Positions 56,525-64,000 of a DNA stretch of 64,000 nt are shown piece by piece. How positions within the stretch are numbered: position 1 is the first letter of the stretch; each line of letters begins with the position of its first letter. The notes under the pieces were generated by a model, which was given only the letters and a program-made list of their open reading frames with translations, ran no database searches and had not been told where the DNA came from. This DNA comes from a virus: the IMG/VR virus record IMGVR_UViG_3300020190_000012, positions 32,001-96,000 of that record; one strand, given 5' to 3'. The position numbers were made by a program, and so were the translations under genes.

Positions 56525-56926
56525 ATGGAAGAGGCTAAAAAATCAAAAATAGTAGATTGTATTGGAAGAATTATTCCAAACTGGAATGCAGTTGAATTGT
56601 TCTCTCTTTCACTGCCTTCGAACGCCAATATTGGAAGAGAAATGCCAGATGGCATAGTTTGCCACTTGGGTCTCAACCCGCCGTCGAGCGGGTCATTTTT
56701 TAAGGTAAAAATTCTTGGTAAGCCAAGAATACTTCACGACAATGTTCGTGATGAATATGAAAAGTTGAGCAACATAATCGCCTCAGGCATGAAACTAGAT
56801 CCCGGGTCTGAGATTCCTGCTTTTGTAAAACATGGAGATTTCGATGGGATTTGGTTCAGTTCCCCTCGTACTCTTGTTGTAGTCAATCCTGGTAAATTCA
56901 GAATCTCTTCATATGGAGTAAGATAA
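56525..56926 (+). CDS. Hypothetical protein
   Basis: 133 aa, 1-nt overlap with the next gene. Confidence 0.6.
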   Translation: MEEAKKSKIVDCIGRIIPNWNAVELFSLSLPSNANIGREMPDGIVCHLGLNPPSSGSFFKVKILGKPRILHDNVRDEYEKLSNIIASGMKLDPGSEIPAFVKHGDFDGIWFSSPRTLVVVNPGKFRISSYGVR

Positions 56927-57507
56927 TGGCAAGTTTAAAAGACAAAACACCATCAGCAAGTTACAAAGATCTGCTGCACGTCGACAACGGTGGCAATGGA
57001 GTGTCTAGCTCTGAGCATATTCCTGTCAGGGATGGCGCAGGGAATGCCACCGGCATCAGTTTGGGAGCTGGCAAGGTTTCAGTTGATTTCGGAGGTGGAG
57101 TGGCATCGAATGCAGTTTTTGTATCTCAGATGCACATGTGCGAATCAAAAACTCATCAGTTGTCAGATACTCTCAATATAGATCTTGCGACCGATTCTGC
57201 AAAGTTGATAAAATACGATGGATACGATGACGGAGAAACGACAACAACGGTGAAGGTTTTTCTCACTTCTTTGGCTGACATTTCAGGATCAGGCACTGGA
57301 GTTTTTGCTGAAACTAGACTGGTCATATCTGCAGGCACTGACATCACCATATATTTTAAGAACGAAAATGACGAATTATTTGCCACCGTGCCGTACACTC
57401 AGCCAAAATATCTTTCTTTTAAGATTGCTGGCTTCATGGAGTCTTCAACTTCAAATCCTGTTTTCTTCATAACGGAAACAGAATCATTTGACAACCCAAG
57501 CCTTTAA
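56926..57507 (+). CDS. Possible virion appendage protein
   Basis: MASLKDKTPSASYKDLLHVDNGGNG...VRDGAGNATGISL resembles N-termini of phage fibre proteins. Confidence 0.5.
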   Translation: MASLKDKTPSASYKDLLHVDNGGNGVSSSEHIPVRDGAGNATGISLGAGKVSVDFGGGVASNAVFVSQMHMCESKTHQLSDTLNIDLATDSAKLIKYDGYDDGETTTTVKVFLTSLADISGSGTGVFAETRLVISAGTDITIYFKNENDELFATVPYTQPKYLSFKIAGFMESSTSNPVFFITETESFDNPSL

Positions 57508-57513
57508 TAACTC

Positions 57514-59052
57514 ATGGTATTAGGCAAAACAAAAGAAATGGTTGAAGCTCTGCTTCTTCCGCATGAAACCAGGGGCACAACAATTGGCTCGGCGGATGTT
57601 GTCCTGGCCTCGATTGATATGCCATCCGATCTTAAATGTCTGCTGATATGTGACTCTGCCACAAGCGATGCAGATGTTCTCAAATGCAGGGCTCTAGTCA
57701 GGTGGCTGATGCGACCTACTGGACATTCGTTAAAAGTACTTGCCACTCCCGACAAACATGTTTTGCTTGTAATCTGCAAACCTGCAGACGAAGACACTAT
57801 TTTAGACTTTCTCGAAAATGGGGCGTCTTCCCTCCATGTGTTTTCAGGATGGTCAGATCTGCTTTCTTCATCAATACTTCTGAGTATCAGGGCCTTGCTT
57901 CATAGAATGGATGAAACCGATCCTAACTTCAGAACTTCTTTGAGCGCAGAGGTTGAAAGATTAGACAGTATAGGAGTTTTTTCAACATCTGCCCTTGGAG
58001 AAATGAAAGACACAGTGTTTCTTGCCTCTTGGGTCGCCAACCGACTTCTGCACAAATTCGGAGAGATTCAAAATCTGAACACTCTTACTTTTGGCGAAGA
58101 AAACCCATCATCTGTATCTGCATTGGCAGACGGATGGGTCGATGACCTCTTCGGAGAAGAGGCAGAGTTTCATGGAATAGACATGCTTCAGTTAAGTTCT
58201 GTCTGCAACGACCTAGTGGTGCAAGATCTTGATGGGCGCCTGCTTGACGGGACAGGAAACTTGCTCGGTTTGAGCCTTAACAACAGTATGAGCAAGAGAT
58301 TTAATATAAATTTAGGGCATTTTACATCAGCAACGAAAAGCAATTCCAACACGAAGCTTATATCAACAAATCACAGTGTATCAACCACACAAAGCAATAT
58401 GCTTGGTCCAGCAGGGACTGTAAATATTAATTTTGATAAATTTGATGGCGCAAGAATAAAGGTTGAAGGCGAATCATTTGGCATGGTTGTAGAAATGTAT
58501 AGTCAAACATTCAACATATCACAAAGTGGCAAAGACTCACGTCGCGGGAGTTATAACCACCCACAGAGCGAGTACATTTATATAGATGATTTTGATAATG
58601 TCATTTCTACACCATCCTTAGAGGAGCCATACTATTTTTCTGGATTCGCACACATTCGTACAGTTATGAGACGCAACTCTCCATCTCCGTTGCCGCCACC
58701 GACATGGAGAGAATTTATATTGATACTCGAGTATCAGGGTGAGCCTAACGCTAATTTTGATGTTTATTTCAGACAGTACAACATCCAGCCCTGGTGGGCT
58801 GGTGGGGATACAACGAAGTGGCTATACACACCGCAGATATCAGAGAGGGTCAACTTTTCCAAATGGAAGCAAGATTTAGCCAATACTGCTGTTTATTCAA
58901 TTCGCCTATTAAATCATACCCTGTGGGATATTGATCCTTCTGATTATTTTGGCCACACACAATCAGAACTATACCAAAGCATGACGGCATCATACGGCGC
59001 ATTCCGATCTTTTAGGTCCAAGATTTTTAGTAAATTGCTGTATAAGAAATGA
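57514..59052 (+). CDS. Hypothetical protein (512 aa)
   Basis: Long ORF, no motif recognised. Confidence 0.7.
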   Translation: MVLGKTKEMVEALLLPHETRGTTIGSADVVLASIDMPSDLKCLLICDSATSDADVLKCRALVRWLMRPTGHSLKVLATPDKHVLLVICKPADEDTILDFLENGASSLHVFSGWSDLLSSSILLSIRALLHRMDETDPNFRTSLSAEVERLDSIGVFSTSALGEMKDTVFLASWVANRLLHKFGEIQNLNTLTFGEENPSSVSALADGWVDDLFGEEAEFHGIDMLQLSSVCNDLVVQDLDGRLLDGTGNLLGLSLNNSMSKRFNINLGHFTSATKSNSNTKLISTNHSVSTTQSNMLGPAGTVNINFDKFDGARIKVEGESFGMVVEMYSQTFNISQSGKDSRRGSYNHPQSEYIYIDDFDNVISTPSLEEPYYFSGFAHIRTVMRRNSPSPLPPPTWREFILILEYQGEPNANFDVYFRQYNIQPWWAGGDTTKWLYTPQISERVNFSKWKQDLANTAVYSIRLLNHTLWDIDPSDYFGHTQSELYQSMTASYGAFRSFRSKIFSKLLYKK

Positions 59053-59316
59053 TCATCGGACTGGCATTATGGAATGCGCCAAAGATCTTGCAGCAGCAAT
59101 CGGCAGTTTCCCAGTCTCTTTTAAAGCCGCACATATCTCAGACTCGTCATTCGCATTCTCTACAACTGATGCAATCTTTATTGCGGCATCATCGGATATG
59201 CTGATCCCGACACAGTTTTCTATCAGTTTCTTTATGCTTTTTGGAGACTTTGCCGACATGGATCCATGAATGTCTGCTATCTTCTCCAACTGTCTCTGAT
59301 ACCAGTTGTTTATCAT
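59053..59316 (-). CDS. Hypothetical protein
   Basis: Begins MINNWYQRQLEKIA; ATGA-coupled to sod. Confidence 0.65.
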   Translation of the reverse strand: MINNWYQRQLEKIADIHGSMSAKSPKSIKKLIENCVGISISDDAAIKIASVVENANDESEICAALKETGKLPIAAARSLAHSIMPVR

Positions 59317-59939
59317 ACCTCTCCCTCCGACATGAGTATCCTGTTTTCCACTTCTTTCCAGTTGATTACCTCCCAGAAGTTGTTAACCCAGTCGTTCTTA
59401 CGATTACGCCTGTCAAGATAATACGCATGCTCCCACAGGTCGCATCCCAACACTGGGTAGCCGATCCCGAGGCCAAGAGGATTGTCTTGCATTTTGGTCT
59501 GCACTATGTCAAGAGTTTTGTTCCGCACCACCAGCCAAACCCACGAACTGCCGAAAGAATCAGAGCATGCATCAACAAATTCAGACTGCATGCCGTCAAT
59601 GTTTCCAAATGATTCTTCAATCATTTTATTCAGCATGTCTCCTGGCTTGTCTGGATTGGGTGTCATCATAGGCCACCATATCTGATGGTTGAAAACGCCG
59701 CCTGCGTTGTTTCTGATTTTTAGCCATTTACCGTTTTCGGCCGACCCAACTTCGACGATAAGCTTTTCTATGTCCAGTTCAACCAGAGACGGTTCATCTG
59801 CAAGAAGTTCATTGAGCTTGTCGCAGTAGGCCTTGTGGTGTTTTTGATGGTGGAGACGCATGGTTTCTGAACCTATGTGCGGGTCCAAATCTCCATATCC
59901 ATATGGCAATTGTGGAATTGTGTGCTTTATGATTGGCAT
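59313..59939 (-). CDS. sodA: Fe/Mn superoxide dismutase, Mn-type signature
   Basis: LPYGY..L.P.I, HHQKHH, NNAGGVFNH, FGSSWVWL, QDNP, DLWEHAYYL. Confidence 0.93.
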   Translation of the reverse strand: MPIIKHTIPQLPYGYGDLDPHIGSETMRLHHQKHHKAYCDKLNELLADEPSLVELDIEKLIVEVGSAENGKWLKIRNNAGGVFNHQIWWPMMTPNPDKPGDMLNKMIEESFGNIDGMQSEFVDACSDSFGSSWVWLVVRNKTLDIVQTKMQDNPLGLGIGYPVLGCDLWEHAYYLDRRNRKNDWVNNFWEVINWKEVENRILMSEGEV

Positions 59940-60386
59940 TCACATTCCTGTAGGTGGAGCCGCTCCGCCTGGAGGTTCGCCAGCGGGGGTAGGAGGCTTT
60001 GGCGTCTGTGGCCCAAGCTCAAGACCATACCATCCACGTATCACGGGTGGATCCTGCGTCAGATCTACATCAAGTTGCGATGGAAATAGTCTAGAGCCGT
60101 CTGCCTGACATGCATCCATGAGTGCGCTTTCAACTGGATCATCTGAATTCTTTCTGCTTCGGAGCGCCCTCCTGAACAGCACATTGAGTCTATTCAGATG
60201 ATCTTCATCGTTATTTGTGTCTTTGTCAATAAGAGCCGCATCGATTCCTGAAACGGTGCCTGCGACTCCAGCTGGACCGCCAGTGGCTCCGCCTGGTGGA
60301 GCCCCAATATCTTGGGCAATTTTCGACGTGCCAAACGCATGACCGATCTTAAGCCAGTCTGCATACGACAACTTTACATGCTTCAT
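59940..60386 (-). CDS. Hypothetical protein with W..IG...G leader
   Basis: MKHVKLSYADWLKIGHAFGTSKIAQ followed by a Gly/Pro-rich segment. Confidence 0.7.
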   Translation of the reverse strand: MKHVKLSYADWLKIGHAFGTSKIAQDIGAPPGGATGGPAGVAGTVSGIDAALIDKDTNNDEDHLNRLNVLFRRALRSRKNSDDPVESALMDACQADGSRLFPSQLDVDLTQDPPVIRGWYGLELGPQTPKPPTPAGEPPGGAAPPTGM

Positions 60387-61858
60387 ATGCCCATCATTTC
60401 AAGCTTGTCATATATCTGCACAAGGTAGATGCACAGTTTAACATTGCCCAAGGCTTCTTTGCCCTGCCCGCCGCCTATCCTGGTTTTGTTTATTCTCAAA
60501 TCGCCAGTTTCTTTGTTGGTGACAAACATTTCAGAATTATACTTTTTGAAAAAGTCAAGCAGTCCACCTTTGGCAGCCTTTAGTGTCTGCACTCTAAGCT
60601 GGCTTTGACTAATTTCTTCTAGTTTGGAAAAATATCTGTTTTTACACACGATGCTGATGATTTCATCCATGTGTTTGATCACCTTGTCGACATCTTCAAT
60701 TTGTTCTGTCTCTATTCCGGCCATCATGGCCCTTCCCTGCGCCTCATAATTCCTCATATGGGCGTACCCCTGCAATCTGGAATGAACAAAAGCAGGCATA
60801 TCATCGATTGTGAGTACTGGTATACTGCTAGGAACCTGTCTCCTCAGATTCTCAGCATCAACTGGCTCCCTGGGAGTTGTAACTCTATCTCTTTTTCTTT
60901 GTCGCTCCTGAACTATTCTTTCTGCGACATCGGCAATGAACACCAGCATGCCGTCAACCTGATTTTGTGCCTCCTGTCGATCTACTCCCTTTTGTACGAG
61001 GTTGCTGACCAGGTTGCTCAAGTCTAGTCCGTTCGCCCTAATATGTGTCGCCAACTCATCTTCTTGCCCAGCAGAATTTGAGAGAATGCGCACTATCACA
61101 CTTTCAAAAGTGGAGAACATGCTTCCATTTTTTAATGCATCAGCAAATGCGGCTTCAGCACCACGAGAGAAATTTTTCTGCAATTCAACTCTTCCCGCAG
61201 CTTCAGGCGCACCCTGTCTCGCTGCTGCCGCTGCAATCTGAGCTTCAAGCTGAGTCTTTCTGTCTTGAGCAATTTTTCGAGCAGCTCCCACCATTTGGCA
61301 CCACGCCGGTATCCCGCCACGACGACCAGCATCTTCAAGGCCTTCCATAAATCTATTGTGCCTTTTTATTAAGATGTTCAACGCCTCCATTCTGATCTTT
61401 TCGGTATTTATGTGTATATCTTTGGCTTGGGTAAATATTGGATCGTTCTCATCTATGGTTCGTATCTCCTGATTGGTGATATCAAATATCGTGAATTTTT
61501 CACCAGTTTTTTTATCTTTTTCCCGCTTCAATATGAAGTAGTATACATCTCTGCCGTTAGGTCCCGGAGCCGCCTTGAACTCATGGTGCTCCAAATAATA
61601 CCATGCAGGCAGCATGAGGTTTTCTAGATTTGGAGGCAGCCAGGGCATATGCTGCCTGATCAAATCGGCAAGCACTCCTTTTCCACCCCCAGTCATTTCA
61701 TGTAGGCTTCTTGTGAACAGGGGAACCACCACGCCCTGTCCTCCCTTTGCTCTAATCTGCCCCTCTATGTCGGTTGCCACCCCCGGAATTTGCGAACGTG
61801 CATAATCAGGACTGACCTGAGCAACTACAACTTCTATATTCTTGTTTGAATTTTTCAT
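60383..61858 (-). CDS. Helical hypothetical protein (491 aa)
   Basis: Long ORF, coupled overlaps. Confidence 0.75.
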   Translation of the reverse strand: MKNSNKNIEVVVAQVSPDYARSQIPGVATDIEGQIRAKGGQGVVVPLFTRSLHEMTGGGKGVLADLIRQHMPWLPPNLENLMLPAWYYLEHHEFKAAPGPNGRDVYYFILKREKDKKTGEKFTIFDITNQEIRTIDENDPIFTQAKDIHINTEKIRMEALNILIKRHNRFMEGLEDAGRRGGIPAWCQMVGAARKIAQDRKTQLEAQIAAAAARQGAPEAAGRVELQKNFSRGAEAAFADALKNGSMFSTFESVIVRILSNSAGQEDELATHIRANGLDLSNLVSNLVQKGVDRQEAQNQVDGMLVFIADVAERIVQERQRKRDRVTTPREPVDAENLRRQVPSSIPVLTIDDMPAFVHSRLQGYAHMRNYEAQGRAMMAGIETEQIEDVDKVIKHMDEIISIVCKNRYFSKLEEISQSQLRVQTLKAAKGGLLDFFKKYNSEMFVTNKETGDLRINKTRIGGGQGKEALGNVKLCIYLVQIYDKLEMMGI

Positions 61859-62682
61859 GCTAAACTGAAGCCTCCGATAAGGTTGTTTTTGGACAACTGT
61901 TCTAAGTCTGACTTGTTTTTGTCAGCTTGTTGTTGGATGGTTGACATTTGCTCCTGAATTTCGTTCATTGCATTCTGAATCTCCACGCAATCAGGACTTT
62001 GAGATTCATTTCCCTGCTTGCATCCGACGTTGTATGCCTGCTGCTTGGAGGCCAGTTGTCGTTGCAGAGCAGCCAGTTGATCCGCCATCTTCTTGCTGCC
62101 TCCGCTTAGGGCCTCTTGAATTCTTTTGGTTTGCTCTGCGTTCGTCTCCATGGCCTGCATGGCAACCCCTTGGGCCTGCGGAGACTCCATTTGTCCTATG
62201 GGTATCATCGGTTGCTGCTGTTGTGCTGACTTTATCCACCCCGCATTTTCGCCGATGCGGATCCAATCTTTCTTAGTCATGGAAAGCGTTAATCCAGGTG
62301 GAGCGTTCCACCGCCTGCCCATGTCTATTGGCTCGATTGCTCTCTGTTCTCTCCTTTTGCCAAACGACTGAGACCTGCCGAGTAGTCCTTTAAATTGTGA
62401 TCTGTCCTCGTATGTTCCGAAGACTTTATAGACACATTTGCCAGAATCACTCTTCACAGAATCCATGACTTTTCTATTTTGGATTTTTTTGGGATCAGCA
62501 CTGTCAAAGTACAGTTCTGGTTCTGCCAAGCCCCTGACCACGTCTTCTTCATTGACGATGTACAGCGCTATGGGAAAGGAGAAGGACTTTCCAGATGCAA
62601 TCAGGTCTTCTGCTGCTTTTGCAGCCATAAATTTGGTCACGACATCGGTTTTCTTGAGCTCATCTTCACTGCAGTTTGCCAT
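61855..62682 (-). CDS. Hypothetical protein with internal W..IG...G motif and Gln-rich coiled coil
   Basis: LSMTKKDWIRIGENAGWIKSAQQQQ; GAGAGG RBS. Confidence 0.75.
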   Translation of the reverse strand: MANCSEDELKKTDVVTKFMAAKAAEDLIASGKSFSFPIALYIVNEEDVVRGLAEPELYFDSADPKKIQNRKVMDSVKSDSGKCVYKVFGTYEDRSQFKGLLGRSQSFGKRREQRAIEPIDMGRRWNAPPGLTLSMTKKDWIRIGENAGWIKSAQQQQPMIPIGQMESPQAQGVAMQAMETNAEQTKRIQEALSGGSKKMADQLAALQRQLASKQQAYNVGCKQGNESQSPDCVEIQNAMNEIQEQMSTIQQQADKNKSDLEQLSKNNLIGGFSLA

Positions 62683-62684
62683 GT

Positions 62685-63110
62685 TTATCCTCTCGCTTCT
62701 TCTATGAAGAGACCAAGGTCTTCCGTAAGAACATTTCTGATTGCGTCAAAGGCGTCTTCTTTTTCGACACGAGCCATCACCTTTACCTCCACAACATTCA
62801 TTTCATCTGATGGCTGGTTAACGCTGATGAGTTTTACATCCTTATTCATCTTTAGATATAACGGCAACTGATTTTTAATTCTCTTTGGTGGCGAGTAAAC
62901 AAATATGAATTCGAACACGTCGTTATTATCTGACCAGTCATCAACTTCATCGGAATTACGGAGACGCGACTCCCAAGAATCTCGGGAACCGCCCCTCACG
63001 GCAGGCTCTCCAGACATAATCAATTTCCAAAATTGGTCGTCAGGATCTCCTGCCTTGATTGCAGTGCGGACGAGAGAAGAGGAATCTTTTATTGAGAATA
63101 TTCTTCGCAT
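62685..63110 (-). CDS. Hypothetical protein
   Basis: ATG 63110 (MRRIFSIKDSSSLVRTA); track start 63131. Confidence 0.6.
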   Translation of the reverse strand: MRRIFSIKDSSSLVRTAIKAGDPDDQFWKLIMSGEPAVRGGSRDSWESRLRNSDEVDDWSDNNDVFEFIFVYSPPKRIKNQLPLYLKMNKDVKLISVNQPSDEMNVVEVKVMARVEKEDAFDAIRNVLTEDLGLFIEEARG

Positions 63111-63159
63111 GATTCTTTTTACAAACCACAATCGCCATTTCCTTTGCCGATGAAACCAT

Positions 63160-63936
63160 ATGCAAAATTGGTTACTGTACAGAACCCATCAAAACGATGA
63201 AAAAACACAAGGTAGATTTGATGAGTTGAGCCACCTACTCAGTGGGATGGCAAATGTTGTATGGATGTGCGACGGAGATTCAGCCGAAGGCTGTCAGTAT
63301 GGGGGTGTATTGGGTAAAAACTCATCCATTTTTACCAATACAGATTATCGAATTCGGCAAATTTGGCCCAAAATCTTTGAAACATATGATTCTTGTCCAC
63401 AAGACACCCCTAGGGTTTTTCCCAAGGACGGTGGCCCCAAAAGACCCATCAAGTGGGTATTGGGACATCTTCCAGCACTCCAATGGTGGAGGGAAAACGG
63501 AAGACCAGAGGGCAGGTTTATGGTGTGGGAGCACGACCTGTGGTGGGATGCTCCATTTAGAGCCGCCCAGGCCCTAACTCCAGCATTTGCTCACCATAAG
63601 TTTCTTGCCCACCCGGTAAAAACATACAGACCTGGCCCTGATGCCATACAGCCGCCAACTGTGCGTCCTCCAGAATGGCTAAAGGACACCACGATATGTC
63701 ACTACACTGCCACCGTGATGTCAGCAAGACTCATGGCATCGCTTGATGAAATTAGTGAAGAAGGATGTTGGGGGCACTGCGAACTTCTAGTTCCGTCCGT
63801 GGCTCACCATCATAAGAATGGTGGAGGTGCAGCGTCTTGGATGTCCGTGGCCGGACATCCGGCCCTGCGACCAGTTATACACCGATTCCCGGGTCAATCT
63901 CCAGGGAAAAAACCCCAGAGATTATTCATTCGCTGA
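63160..63936 (+). CDS. Glycosyltransferase-like protein (GT-A/DUF3405-like)
   Basis: LLYRTH, FMVWEHDLWW (ExD), MSARLM..L, GHCELLVPSVA. Confidence 0.5.
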   Translation: MQNWLLYRTHQNDEKTQGRFDELSHLLSGMANVVWMCDGDSAEGCQYGGVLGKNSSIFTNTDYRIRQIWPKIFETYDSCPQDTPRVFPKDGGPKRPIKWVLGHLPALQWWRENGRPEGRFMVWEHDLWWDAPFRAAQALTPAFAHHKFLAHPVKTYRPGPDAIQPPTVRPPEWLKDTTICHYTATVMSARLMASLDEISEEGCWGHCELLVPSVAHHHKNGGGAASWMSVAGHPALRPVIHRFPGQSPGKKPQRLFIR

Positions 63937-64000
63937 GCCCCTCTAGGCTCAGTATCCCTGCAGCTATCCACTGTGAGCAGTTAGAAACAACACCGTTGCC

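Noticed and set aside
1-64000. Stop-codon reassignment as in some large phages
   Set aside because: Conserved genes are full length under code 11, and TGA, TAA and TAG all end genes.

Overview
This window is a dense, mostly minus-strand segment of a large (probably jumbo) tailed dsDNA phage genome using the standard genetic code. It holds the head module: terminase large subunit, about 13 intervening hypothetical genes, a portal fused to a C-terminal DUF559/Vsr-like nuclease, a 1886-aa prohead protease/scaffold, a decoration protein and a compact 289-aa HK97-type major capsid protein. It also encodes neck/adaptor proteins, three tail-fibre-like genes with two tandem SAM methyltransferases, several glycosyltransferase-like genes, and auxiliary genes (phoH, class II RNR, dUTPase, Mn-type SOD, FliA/WhiG-like sigma factor, S8 protease, ABC-type ATPase). 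The best leads are: (1) a volactin-like actin homologue in the morphogenesis operon; (2) a recurrent K-x-A motif and a shared W-x-x-[IA]-G-x-x-x-G leader across many unrelated hypothetical proteins, suggesting a capsid-loading and maturation code; (3) an unannotated, hairpin- and pseudoknot-rich non-coding region at about 40.67-41.15 kb; (4) the portal-nuclease fusion; (5) a small module shared by a glycosyltransferase and several structural-operon proteins. All family calls come from motif recognition by eye; no searches were run.
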